From Dictyostelium discoideum (taxonomy: Eukaryota): 64,000 nucleotides of DNA. Shown here piece by piece: positions 29,018-45,289 of the stretch. The first letter of the stretch is position 1. Every line of letters begins with the position of its first letter. The notes below the pieces were generated by a model that ran no database searches, was not told the DNA's origin, and was given only the letters and a program-made list of their open reading frames with translations. Location of the stretch: the NCBI GenBank assembly GCA_000004695.1, contig CM000153.2, positions 2,944,001 through 3,008,000 on the forward strand, read 5' to 3'. Made by a program: the position numbers and the translations under genes.

Positions 29018-31319
29018 TTATTTACTTGATAAAACTTTTGGACCAAGTGAAAGATGAATTAAAGCATCTTGAATGTATTGAGTCATTGCAATTGTTAAAA
29101 GACAAGCATTTGGAATTGTTAAAGGTGAATCAATTAAAGTTAAGGATGGTTGATGTCTACCTTCAATAATGATTGGAGTGAGAAGATTATCTTTGAATTG
29201 ATAATCAGGATAAAGTGTAGTTGGATGAGATCTTTTAGTAGTGGAAGTTGAGGAAGATGATAAAGATGACATTGAACTTGTTGAAGATTGTAAATTATTG
29301 GTAGATTGTGAGGAAGGGACAGAACCACCACCAGTGGCACCAACTCTAGATTTAAAAGGTATATTTAAAAATGATTGTTTAGTTGGATCCCAAATGTATT
29401 TAATTTTATAACTTGTTCTTGGATGAGACCAACACCAATGTTTACCATTCCATGAAATTGAGCCCATATTCTTACTTTTAAAATAACCACATTGATAAAC
29501 CCATTTCATATCGAAACCACCATTCAATGAAAGTGACATTTTACTTGTGATTGAACTAGTTGACATGTTACTACCCTCATTTCTACCATCTTCAGATGGC
29601 GGTTTAAAGATCATTGAAGTGTTGCAATCGAAATGCCATTTTTCATTGATTGCCTCTTCAGTGACAGCTGTCACACCACCACCACCACTACCACCACCAC
29701 CTTGACCTGAACCAATTGGGTCAACTACATTTGATGGTACTTCACTTGATAGTATTGGTGAAGATAAATTACTAGCACTGGTTAAATCAAAATCACAATT
29801 AATATCAAGATTTGGAAATTCAGAATTACCATCATTAAAATTATTTGATGAAACACTAATATTGAAATCTTTTGAATTTGATACTATTTGATGATGAAGA
29901 TGCTGATGATGTGGTGATGGTGGTGGATGTAATTGTTGTTGTGATTTTGAATGATTTAAATCAATAATATTAAGATTAGTATGATCTAATGAATGAATTA
30001 AATTTGACATATTTGGCATTGAACAGGTTGTAGTGGTGGTTGTGGTGGTGGTGGTGGTTGTGGAGGTGATTGAAATGATATTGGATTGATTAATCAATGT
30101 TTTCTTTATACCACTTGTATTTATAGTTACAATACCATCAGAGCTTTGAATGAGCGATCTGTCATAGAACTGATTTAAACTAACGTCATTACAAGAGGCA
30201 ACTTTTGGAATGAATTTCTCAATGTATTCTTTAAATGTTTGTTTCTCTTCCAAGAATTTCGTATTTGGTTTATTATTATTATACTTTCTACAATGAATCA
30301 TATAGTCATTGTAACAATCGATAAAGGTGGTCATATTCTTAAGATGAACTGCAATATCTTTGAAATCCTCTCTAAAGAATCTATTATCTTGATAGGTGGT
30401 AATCTCTGAACTCGTCTTATTAATATACTCAACCCAATTTGACAATACAGTCTCTTCACAACGAATCATTGCTAAACGTGGTCCCTCTGGTCCACCAAAC
30501 CAATCAATATACTCTTTAACTTCACCTCTACAAAATTCTGAAATTTGTTCAACTTGTTTAATAAATGGATCTGCAAGATTAAATGATGCATTATAATTTT
30601 TCATTTGTTTTACCCATTCTTCTGCCATTTCTGGTGAAACTCTATCTGGTAAAATTACTATTTTTAAAAAAATATATTAGTTATAAATATATATATATAT
30701 ATATTAATAAATAATATATAAATATATATATATATTAATAAATAATATAAATATATTTGTAATACATACATGGATTTGTTAAAACTTCTCTAAACTTTTT
30801 AACTTTAGTTAAAACTACAACTGTACAACCAAGTTTATCAATATCAATTTTTTCAAGTGATCTAATTCTTGCGATGAGTAAAGTTAAGAATTGTTTCATT
30901 GAACTCTCATCTTTTGCTTTTACAATGTATGTTCTATGTTTATGAGAGATTTGAAACATTAAGGGTGCGATCTCTTTGGTGTCATCTGGATTACAATCCA
31001 TTAAATTTATATAACCTTGTGGTTCTTGTTTATCGTCTGGTTTGAGTGATGATTTACCAAGTTTATAATATAATATATAGTTTCTATGAAGTGCAAAATA
31101 ACGATCTAAAAATCCTTTACCATTTCCACCTGCTTTCTTCATTATTGATGAATATGATACATCTCCTTTAATTTTTTCATATTCAAATAATTCCTATTAT
31201 ATAAAAAAAAAAAAAATAAAAAAAAATAAATGTTAATACATAATGCATGTGTATGTATTTTTTTTTTTTATTATTTTTGTACTTACTAAAAGCTCTTTCT
31301 TTCTCTCTGTTTTCCCCAT
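29018..31319 (-). CDS. PH-domain-containing protein (~698 aa) with an N-terminal PH domain, a central conserved region and a Ser/Thr/His-rich low-complexity stretch; complement(join(29018..30657,30770..31193,31287..31319)).
   Basis: Exon 1 MGKTERKKELL plus donor GTAAGT (31286-31281). Exon 2 ELFEYEKIKGDVSYSSIMKKAGGNGKGFLDRYFALHRNYILYYK...FQISHKHRTYIVKAKDESSMKQFLTLL is a PH domain. Donor GTATGT at 30769-30764 is phase 1. Acceptor AATAG at 30659-30658 leads into ...ILPDRVSPEMAEEWVKQMKNYNASF... (ORF 29018..30628). Confidence 0.65.
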
Positions 31320-32333
31320 TTTTTTAATTTTAAAAAATATATATATTTATATATATATATTTTATTTATTTACTTAAAAAAGAGTATGTGGGTGTGCGCG
31401 TCTATTTGTATTTTTTTTAAAATTGATTAATATTTATAGTTGAAGAGAAAAAAAAAAAAATACAATCAAATGTAATGCTTTAATTTACAAATAAAATATT
31501 TCTTTCTTTCTTTCTTTCTTTTTTTTTTTTTTTTTTTTGGTATATGTACAATTTTTTGTGTTATTTATTATTAATAAATAAATAAAAAAAAAAAAAAAAT
31601 TTTATAAAGTAAAAAAAAAAAAAAAACTAAATATTACCTTTTTTAAAAGTGGAAAAAAAAAATTAAAAAAAAAAAGGTTTTTAAAAAGAATGGTTGTGAT
31701 TTAACTATATTCGTAAAAATGTGTGATTTATGTAAAATAACCTAAATAGAAAACAACAAAATTTTGTTGTTTTTTTTTATTTTGATTTTTATTATTTTTT
31801 TTTTTTTTAAAAGAAAAAAAGCACCAAGATATTTTTTCGGTGATTTGGTCCGAGCAAAAAATTTTATTTTATTTTATTTTTTTATTTATTTATTAAAAAT
31901 ACAACAATATATTACAAAAATTGAGAATTGAAGATGATTCTTCTCTGTCTCTCTCTTTTTTTTTTTTTTTTTTTTTCTAAAATAATTTTTTTGGTTCGGA
32001 CAAAAAAAAAAAAGAATAAAAATAAAAATAAAAATAAAAAAAAAAATAAATAATAAAATTTTTTTTTTGATAATAAATAAAAATAAAAATAAAAATAAAA
32101 ATAAAAATATTAAAAGTGATATTGGTTAAAACAAAGGTAGAGGTTGTGTTGTGTTATCGATGAGAAAAAAAAAAAAAAAAAAAAAAAAAAATAAAATAAA
32201 AAAAAAATTATATTTGTGTTTTTTTTTTTTTGTTTTTTTTTATTATTTTTTTTATTTTTTTATTTTTTTTTTTTTTTTTGTCAGTTATGATTTTGGGAGG
32301 GCATATTTTTTTTTTTTTTTGATACAATTATGA

Positions 32334-32387
<54 letters not shown>

Positions 32388-32397
32388 NNNNNNNNNN

Positions 32398-32487
32398 NNN
32401 NNNNNNNNNNNNNNNNNNNNNNNNNNNNNNNNNNNNNNNNNNNNNNNNNNNNNNNNNNNNNNNNNNNNNNNNNNNNNNNNNNNNNNN
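32398..32487. other. Assembly gap (90 N) flanked by low-quality-looking sequence.
   Basis: A run of n characters. Flanks are long poly-T/poly-A, and 32500-32530 (ggccggttaaaatttggggggggg) looks like read-end artefact. Confidence 0.95.
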
Positions 32488-32579
32488 AATTTTTTTTTTT
32501 TTTTTGGCCGGTTAAAATTTGGGGGGGGGAAATTTTTTTTTTTTTTTTAACCAATAAAAAAAAAAAAGATTTTTATGGT

Positions 32580-32615
<36 letters not shown>

Positions 32616-32648
32616 TGTGATGGGTTGCTTGGTTTTAATTTTGGAAAG

Positions 32649-32679
<31 letters not shown>

Positions 32680-33350
32680 ATATGCAACCTCTTTAAGGTG
32701 AAAATCAACCTAAATTATTTCTAGTACTACTAGTAGTACTCTATATTACTGCCATACTTAATAAAAATTTTTTATATGATTGATTGATTGATTGATATAT
32801 TATCTATTAGAGAGTGTGTGGTGGTGTTTTTGTGTGTGTGAGTGTGTGTGTTACCTCAAATCATCATTTTGAGGTGCAACACCTTTAACCTTAGCAAAAA
32901 AGCTGCGATTTGGTCATAAAATCCTTTTAAAAAAATACCAAACAAAGGAAGATCTTAAAAAAAAAAAAAAAAAAAAAACTGGAAAAAAAAAAAAAAATAA
33001 TAAATAATTAAATAAATAAATAACCCGCGTCAAATTAACTAGTTTTTACAAATATTCTAAAATAAAAAAATATTACACACATTCCTTTAAACAACATCAT
33101 GATGGTGTACAAAATATTGGTTTCCTAAATATTAAGAAGAAACAAACATCAAGCTCCCCACCACTAATTATGGAGTGGGACCCCATTTTTAAAATGCAAT
33201 CACAATACTGCACAGATTGTACAACAGTTTTTGATTTTTTTTTTTTAGTATTCTTTATTTTATTATTTTTTATTTGTGAGATAATGATGATGATGAACTT
33301 ACTCTCTATAAATACCAAAACTGAGAAAATATTTTAGATGAGATATCATA

Positions 33351-33411
<61 letters not shown>

Positions 33412-33539
33412 TAATATTATAAAAAAAAATAATAATAATAAAAAAAAAAAATAATTAATAGAATAAAAATAATAATAAAAAATTGATCATATCAAATTTG
33501 ATAATAAAAAAAAAAAATAAACAAAACAAAAATAAAAAA

Positions 33540-34560
<1,021 letters not shown>

Positions 34561-34989
34561 AAATAATTAAAAAATAAATTTTATATCTATCTTTATCAAA
34601 TTGCTAATTTGAAATTCATTTTTTTGATCGTCTGTTAATAATTCCATTTTTATTTAATATTTGTACATATAAAATATGTTAAAAAACATCCATTTTGATA
34701 TTTTTAATTTAATTTAATTTTTTTTTTTTAAAAGAGTAAATAAAATTATTTTTTTTTTTTGTTGGAATTCAAAGAATCATCTGAAAAATAAAAAATACAA
34801 AGATATTTAACTAGAAATGATGCCAGTCAAGGATAATGAATAAGCGAGTGCAGCTAGGCCGCTAATCCAGTGAGGAAATAGAGAACGTCAGCTCATTTGG
34901 AGTAAGGAGGCAATAAAAAAAAATAGAAAAAAAAAAAGAAAATAGTATTAAAAAATTGATAAAAAAAAAAATATACAAAAAAAAAATAA

Positions 34990-35252
34990 AAATTATTAAT
35001 AATATTATTAATGTGGTATAATAAATAAAAATACAATAAATTATTTCAATTTTTTTAAATACCAATGGAAAAAAAAAAAAAATAAAAAAAATTTATTTTT
35101 ATTTTTAACTTCTTCATCTAGATTTGATTTCTATTTTTAACTTCCCCATCTTGAATTTATTAGCTCTGAAAAAAAAAAAAAAAAACTACATGCACCACGC
35201 TAGTTTCTTTCAAAAAAATAAAATAAATATAAAAATAAATAATAAGATTAAT

Positions 35253-35317
<65 letters not shown>

Positions 35318-35342
35318 ATTATTAATTTAATTATTATTTTTT

Positions 35343-35379
<37 letters not shown>

Positions 35380-35900
35380 AAAAGATACACCTCAAAAACA
35401 TTTCAGTTGACTGTATTAACTTTGTTGTGATATTATTTTCATATTTTTTTATCATAAATGAAATTATTAAGAAACTCACTGATTGAACGTTTCTAGATTT
35501 TAAAATAATATAAAAAAATGAATTCAAATAATTAGTTCTTATTTTGAAAATGAAAAAAAAGTGGAATTTAATTAATTAAATTTTTTTTTTATTTTTTTTT
35601 ATTTTTTTTTTTTGGAAATGATTGGCTATGGCCCAAATGGAAAATAAAAAAGGAAAAAAATTAAAATAAGAATTTTTTCATTTCATAAAGATAATGATTG
35701 ACTCAACCCAATTATTGTTTAATATTTTAAACTTAAATTTATAATAAAAAAAAAAAAAAAAAAAAAAAAGAAAAAAAATAAAATTAAAAAATAAAATAAA
35801 ATAAAAATAAAAAATTAAGTTGTAATGTGTTATCAAAAATTTTTTATTTTTTTATTGGGGTAAAAAAAAAAAAAAAATAAAAAAAAAATAATTAAAAATT
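34990..35900 (+). repeat. Copy B of the ~1 kb direct duplication; its microsatellite is (CAA)n rather than (ATT)n.
   Basis: See copy A. The block order is conserved with about 80-90% identity. The internal microsatellite differs in motif (CAA vs ATT). Confidence 0.8.
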
Positions 35901-37195
35901 AAAAACACACATTAGTTGGGATTTCAGATAATAATAAAATTTTTTTTACATTAATAACTGTTACAGATAATTTATTTAATTTTGAATTAAATTTATTTTT
36001 TTAATAATTTTTTCAAAAACTATTTAAGAGACAAAATTTTTTTATTTTGTTATTCAAAAATGTCAAATAAATAAAAAAAAAAAAAAAAAAATAAAAAAAA
36101 ATTTAATAAGTTTTAAAATGGTATAGTTTTAATAAAAAAAAAAAAAAAACCACTATCATTAGTAGTAAAAAAAAAATAAAAAATAAAAAAAAAAAAAATA
36201 AAAAAAAATAATAATAAGCTATACCATGGGACTTAGAGAAAATAAAAAAGTTTAAAAAAAAAATAAAAAATAATAAAAAATAAAAAAAAAATAAAAAAAA
36301 AAACTTTTAAAACTCTCCTTCTACTTTTTGGTGCTTCTGTTAAGCTAATGCTAAGGTGTCTCTCTCCCCCTTTGCTTTGCATTACTCTCCTCAAGCTCAG
36401 ATAATCTCGAGCTCCACTAACGATGCTCCTCAAGTATCCTCAGGGTTAATCCATCACATTCCTATGCAACTCTCTCAAATGTATAAGCAGTCTTTAACAA
36501 AAAAAAATATTTAAAAAAAAAAAAAAAAGAAAAAAAAAAAATATTAAAATATTTTTTTTAAAATCAATTTTAAATATAAATAATAATGTTTTTTTTTTTT
36601 TTATAAAAAAAAGAAAGAAAAAAAGAAAAAAAAAAAAAAAAGAAAAAAAGAATTTAAAAAAAAAAAAAAAAATAGAAAAAAAAAAGTTAAAGATGTAATG
36701 GTAAAACCAAAGTAGAATGGAAATCCAAAAAAAGATCTTTATAAATTGCCACTATAATCAATGTATAGATATTGTTCCGTCTGTGTGTATGCTGTTAGGT
36801 CCAGTTTGCTCTTTAGTTACTTTAATTTAAATCTATATTGTAATTTTTATAAAAAAAAAAAAAAGAAAAAAAAAAACAAAAAAAAAAAGAAAAAAGAAAA
36901 AATAATAATAATAATAATAATAATAATACAATAAATTTAAATAAAAATAAAGAATAAACCTTATAGTGGGTTTACCAATTTATAAAAAAAATATTTACAT
37001 ATGCTTTTTATTTTTTATCTCTTTTTTTATATTTTCAGTTTTTTTATCAACTCGATTGACCACTAAAAAAAAATAAAAATATAATAAAAAAAAATAAAAA
37101 AATAAAAATTAAAAATATAAATTTTAAAAAAAACAATGATATTACTATTTTAGATAATGAAATGTTTAATTTATTAATTTTGTATAAATATTTAT

Positions 37196-38039
37196 TTATT
37201 GAGTATTATCTTCATTATTGTCATCATCTGTTGGTTGTTTTTTATCATAAAATGGTTGAAATTCATCTCTGAATTTTAAGGTTTCGGATGTTTCAATTTC
37301 TTTTGTTTTTACACAATCTTTCCAATTTAATTTCTCTGGTATACCTAATAAATCTACCATCACTTTTCTTCCATATTGGAAATCTGGTTTTGATATAACA
37401 CTATAAATTTGCTCACTATTTGGTAAGAAAACTAAATAATATGGTTTATCTTTTAATTCCTAAATAAATAAAAAATAAAATATTAATAAAATTGTTGGGA
37501 TTAAAATTAACTATTTTTTTTTTTTTTTTTTTTTTTTAAAACATTACTTTTCCAGAATTTTCATCATTTTTAAAATCATTAAATTCCATATTATATTTTT
37601 TAGTTAAAGGATGATCAATGAATGATTGCTTTACAGTTGATGATAATTCTTTTGGTATTGGTATAACTTGAAGATGACCATGTAAATCTGTACCACCTTT
37701 TGTACTGATACTTCTTTCAAATATAACTATATCTTGATTGTATTTATCCAAGAAATATTCTCTAAGATAATCAATCATTAAATTAACATCTTTTCTTTCC
37801 TCTTCATTCAATGACATGAAATTTGGTTTATGTTCTGTGAAAACAATCAATAAATTATGTTCAACCATACCACCTTTTGGAAATGCTAAATAACATTCAT
37901 CACCAATTGTAACAATTAAATGACTATCAACTTCTGGTGATGATAAACAAAACCAACAACTTTGATCTTGATGTTTTTGTTTTAGTTGTTGTTGTTGTTG
38001 TTGTTGATTATTAATTCTTTTATTATAATTATTATTATA

Positions 38040-38135
<96 letters not shown>

Positions 38136-39415
38136 TCTATTATTGTTATTATTATAATTATTATTTGTATTATTAAAAAAGAAATTTGTTTGTTGTTCGT
38201 CAGAATTTCTTTGTTTTTTTGAGACATGTTCATCAAGTTCTCTTTGTTTTCTTTCGAATGGATTTGGTGTTATGTCATCCTTATTAATATCTTTATTTGG
38301 GTTATAACTCATTGCAAATAAATACTGTAAAGAATAAATTTAAAAAAGTAAGAATAATTTTAATTTATAAAAAAAAAACAAAACAAATAATTGAAAAAAT
38401 GATTTTTTTTAAATTACTTACTTTTTCTTTTTTATCATTATTAATTGGTGCTAAAGAAAGGAATCTTGTTGGTTGTGGATTTTTATTTTTTAAAGTTGGT
38501 GTATTGTAATAAGGTGCTCTTTGAAAGTAAAATGAATTCTTTGAAAAGTGATAAGCTGGTGTTAATGCTTGTGATACTAATTTAACACCATCAATACCAA
38601 TTTTATAAGGTGTTTTTAAAAATGTTGGTATACCACTTGTAACATTATTTAATACACCTCTTGACCATTGATTACTTAATAATATATCTATTCTTTTATC
38701 TTCACCTTCTTTTATAATATTATCAATTTCTGATTTTATAATTGTATTTTCTTCCTATATATATATATATATATAAATCAATTGGATAAATTAATAATAA
38801 TTTAGAATGATAATAAAACATATATTTATAAGCGGTATACAAACTTACATTTGATTGAATTTTAATTGGATAATCAATTTTACCAGAAAGATAAGCAATA
38901 TTTAAATTTGAAATATTTTTAATTCCGCATTTACCTAAATAAGTGATACCTTTACATAACTCACCTGTTTCTTTATTAACAAATTTTTTAATATATTTAA
39001 AATCTGATTGACTATATGCAATGAAGTAAGTTGGTATTGGTACATTTTCAATTTCGTCTTTATATGGTTGTAATTCTTTTGGAAATGTTAATTCATTTTC
39101 ATCTTTATCATCTGAATTATTATTATTATTATTATTGTTATTGTTATCATTATCATTATTATTTTCATCTTTATCATCTGCATCATTACTATTGTTATTA
39201 TTTTCATTACTAATATTAGTTGTTGGGTGGTATGGTTCAAAAAATGAACCTACACATAATAATAATGAAAAAGGTCCATTTGATTTATTAACTGTTGAAA
39301 CTCTTTTAAAAAGAGCATTAAAACTTCCACCTATATCACCACAAACCAATCTGTTATTTATTAAAAAAAAGAATTAGGATTTAAAAAAAAAAAAAAAAAA
39401 AAAAATATCTGTTAA

Positions 39416-39448
<33 letters not shown>

Positions 39449-39476
39449 CAATTGACTTACATTTTATGTGTCTCCA
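37196..39476 (-). CDS. cwf19l1: CWF19-like protein 1 (CWF19L1) homolog, 5 exons; complement(join(37196..37459,37548..38324,38422..38754,38849..39350,39460..39476)).
   Basis: A 17-nt first exon METHKI with donor GTAAGT joins LVCGDIGGSFNALFKRV...LLCVGSFF (N-terminal metallophosphatase-like domain). The poly-Asn/Asp insert stays in frame. Donors are GTAAGT, GTAAGT and GTAATG, each with a (T)nAG acceptor. Exon 4 carries CwfJ_C_1 (CWFCLSSPEVDSHLIVTIGDECYLAFPKGG...HGHLQVIP) and exon 5 CwfJ_C_2 (ELKDKPYYLVFLP...). All phases are consistent. Confidence 0.75.
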
Positions 39477-39690
39477 TTGATAGATATTCTCAAAGTGTGA
39501 AATATTTTAAAATTAAAAAAAAAAAAAGAAAATCAAAAAAAAGTAAAAAATTGAGGTTTGTTGAAAAAAAAAAAAAAAAAATATATATTTTTTTTCAACA
39601 AACTAAATCCATATTGAAACAATGTTTATTTATAGAACACTCAAAAATACACAAAATTATATAAAATATAAAAAAAATGAATGTAACCAT

Positions 39691-39723
<33 letters not shown>

Positions 39724-39965
39724 TTTAATTATTCACCAAACATTCAAAAAAAAAAAAAAAAAAAAAAAAACTAATTTTAAAACATCAATTTGTGTCGTTC
39801 CTCAAAATAAAAAAACAATTACAAAAATGAAAGATAAATTAAATTCTAAAAATAAAATTTTTGATTAGGAAAAACAAAAAAAAAATTTTATTGGTTCCGT
39901 TTTTTTGTCTTTATGTTTATCTAATATTCTTTTTAATTTAATTATGATGGTTATATTGTCATGAG

Positions 39966-39996
<31 letters not shown>

Positions 39997-40122
39997 TGGA
40001 TGAGATTCATATTATAATCATTTTTATAAATTAATTTTAATTATGGAAATTATTTAAGTAAAAAAAAAAAAAAAAAAATGTTTCGTTTCGTGAAATTTTA
40101 ACTAAAAAAAAAAAAATAAAAA

Positions 40123-40158
<36 letters not shown>

Positions 40159-40230
40159 TTTTTCATTTTTATTTTTTTTTTTGTGCGTAGGATAGAAAAA
40201 AACGTCAAAATTCCTTTTATTTATAAATAA

Positions 40231-42444
<2,214 letters not shown>

Positions 42445-43081
42445 ATAAATTAATAAATTTTAAAAATAAAATAAAATATTTTAATTTAATATATTAAATG
42501 TTTATAAAATTTAAACAAAAAAAAAAAAAACAGGAATTTAGTTTTTTTTTTTAAGCGTTTGGTTTGTTTTTTATTTTTTATTTTGCATCTTTTTTTTGAT
42601 TTTGATTTGTAATAATAAAGAGCTACAATTGGTTATAGTTTACAGCAGGTACAACCGATGGTCTAGGTGGATTTGATTTCACACAAAATGTTACTATTGC
42701 AACATTTGAAAAATATCAAATTCAAAGATACAAACCGACATCCACTGTCTCAGACCTCATACATTAGGGACCTATCAAAAAGAATTAGGTAAATGCAAAA
42801 GAAAATACATTCCAACTTTAACACCATATCAAAGGTTTTTCAAATAATTATTGTAGATTAATAAATTAAATATATATAGTGGGGTGATGCATCATACATT
42901 GTAATGATTTAATTATTTATGGGATTATTATAAATTTAAATTTTCATTTTCATTATTTGATTCATTCAATGATATCTTTTTCAATTCCTTACCCATATCA
43001 TTTTTAAAATTTATTAAAACTTAAAAGAAAAGTCATATTAAATTTGATACCTAAACAAAACATTTTATAAATTTTTTATAC

Positions 43082-44608
43082 TTATTTATATTTTAATGGA
43101 ATATCTGTTTGTGAATTGTGGAATTCAAAATGATCTTTGAAGTCAATATCTCCAGATGTTCCATCAATAGTACATACTACCCAAAATCTTGCACCAGTTT
43201 GTCGAGTGTTTGGGATACATCTTTCAAATAATGTTGAGGTTTCATGGGCAATTGTAAGCTTGGCACCTGATTGAGCTATTTCTCCTTCAGTTGAGAAATT
43301 ATGAACTGCATAAACATATTTACAACCATCTAAACGTATAATACTTATGGTTTCGGGACCAAAACCATTTTGAGTATCAGCTTCCAAGGACATTTTATCT
43401 ACACTCCTACCCCCGAAATAAACATGACTAATAGAACCATTAGGATGAATACACCACATATGAGAATCCAAATCCAGTGGTGATTCCCCCCAAGCTAAAA
43501 CGAAATCCATTTCTTTAGGCTTTTTAGGTCTACCGACATTTTGATGGCTTGAAGTGGTTCTTACAGAGTCATGTATAATCATTTTAAACTTTAAAGGTAA
43601 TAAATTACTCTTATTGGGTTTAATGATAACCTCAAATGTACCATCCAAGAGGTTTAGAGGAAGATCAGCATCACCTTGTGTAACACTGCCAGTAAACATA
43701 TTTCTACCACCATACATCAATTCAATAGTACCATCTATAGGTTCACTAAGAGGTGTTTTAATCATAAACTTTTTGGGAAGTATAATGCTTTCAGGTGGAT
43801 TGACATTAACCAATGATTTTAAGACTTCTCTTTGGCCAGATTCATCAAATATAGTTACTACATACTCTCCATAACTTGAAATATCATATGGATTTGGAAC
43901 ATTTGGTATTATTGCAATACAGTTCTTTGATTCATCATAAACTTGAGAAAAAACAACATCATCACTTGGTCCATCACAAGAAGATGGAAGAGAAACTGGC
44001 TTGCCTCTTCCTTTTGGTAAATTTGGTAGTAATGTGGCATCATATAAAGAAGGCACTTCACCAGTTAATTTTGGAATTGAGTTGGCACCAACACATGTTG
44101 GATCAATGATTGGGATTCTCTTTGATTGAGGTGATGGATTCAATATTTTATTTTGTGTTGCTGGTGATAAATTTGAAAAGTTATTTGTAGGTGGTTTGGT
44201 AACTTTCATTTGCTCAACTAGTTGTAACAATGAATTACTGAGAAGATCAATTTTACTTTTCATTTGTATGATATCTCTTTGGGTCTCAAGTGATTCTCTA
44301 CCTGTTGATGTTGGTGCATTTGAAGTATTGCCAGGTACTGGGTTTGGACTTGGGTTTGGGCTTGGGTTTGGAGTTGAGCCTGGATTATCTACAACACCAG
44401 AACCTTGTATTTCTTTAAGTTTTTTTTGAAATTTCCAAGGTACTGATAAAGTTTCATAATCTTTTTGTTCAAATAAAACAAAATCATCACCAGTGACTTG
44501 ATTTATTTTAAAACTATTAATGATGTTTGAATATTCATCACCAAGTGATGAATGTAAATATTTACACAGTTGATCACAAGATAGAGATGATATGGATCCT
44601 AACCTCAT
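43082..44608 (-). CDS. Uncharacterised 508-aa protein with a SAM-like N-terminus, a Pro/Ser-rich linker and a conserved-looking C-terminal beta-rich domain of unknown function.
   Basis: Single ORF. The N-terminal LSCDQLCKYLHSSLGDEYSNIINSFKINQVTGDDFVLFEQKDYETLSV looks SAM-like. The C-terminal ...DFVLAWGESPLDLDSHMWCIHPNG...LEADTQNGFGPETISIIRLDGCKYVYAVHNFS... shows a W..P.DLDSH ... GPE pattern reminiscent of bacterial DUF2135/YfaP-type domains. This is from memory and not verified. Confidence 0.6.
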   Translation of the reverse strand: MRLGSISSLSCDQLCKYLHSSLGDEYSNIINSFKINQVTGDDFVLFEQKDYETLSVPWKFQKKLKEIQGSGVVDNPGSTPNPSPNPSPNPVPGNTSNAPTSTGRESLETQRDIIQMKSKIDLLSNSLLQLVEQMKVTKPPTNNFSNLSPATQNKILNPSPQSKRIPIIDPTCVGANSIPKLTGEVPSLYDATLLPNLPKGRGKPVSLPSSCDGPSDDVVFSQVYDESKNCIAIIPNVPNPYDISSYGEYVVTIFDESGQREVLKSLVNVNPPESIILPKKFMIKTPLSEPIDGTIELMYGGRNMFTGSVTQGDADLPLNLLDGTFEVIIKPNKSNLLPLKFKMIIHDSVRTTSSHQNVGRPKKPKEMDFVLAWGESPLDLDSHMWCIHPNGSISHVYFGGRSVDKMSLEADTQNGFGPETISIIRLDGCKYVYAVHNFSTEGEIAQSGAKLTIAHETSTLFERCIPNTRQTGARFWVVCTIDGTSGDIDFKDHFEFHNSQTDIPLKYK

Positions 44609-45289
44609 TGTTTAAACGCAACAATTAAATTAAAAAACGTTTTTATAAAAATTTATATAAAAAATGATTGGTGTGAAAGAATGTGTATTATTAAATATTA
44701 AAAAAAAAAAAAAAAAAAATATTATAAAAAAATTTAATTACCTTTTTCTTAAATTTTTTTTTTGTAAAAATTTAAGTTGAACTCATTTTGAAAAAAAAAA
44801 ATTGATTTAATAAAAAAAATAAAATAAAAATTATTAAAAAATTTAAAATCAAACAAAGTTATGGGGAAGGGGGGTATGAAAATGTTATTATTAGCTTTTT
44901 TGGGTATTTTATGTGAATCACTTACTAATCTTAAATATATATATTTTAATATATTTTTTGGTGATGTCTTTTTATGTTTGGGGTTGTGCAAAATTGTAGA
45001 CGCTTACACTAGTTTTAACTATTATTTTAATTTTAATACCACTTGTTTAAGTTATTATGTAAAAAAAAAATAAAAATAAAAATAAAAAAATACACCAAAA
45101 CAGTAAAAAAAAAAAAAAAATTCCAAAATTTTCATAGATTAATCAATTGTGTTTTTGAATTAGTTTAGGTTTAGGTTTAATTTTGAATGGGATATTATTG
45201 AATTTGGATTTGGAAATAGTATTAAATCAATATGTTCTTTGAAACAACATCCAATGGGTGGGAGTCTAGATAATTTCTTGTTAACAATC

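Noticed and set aside
33097-33318. Minus-strand ORFs 33097..33318 and 36233..36433 in the gene desert.
   Set aside because: Their amino-acid composition and codon usage are unlike Dictyostelium genes (G/S/R/L/C-rich), with no start context and no homology. They were kept only as part of candidate ncRNA islands.
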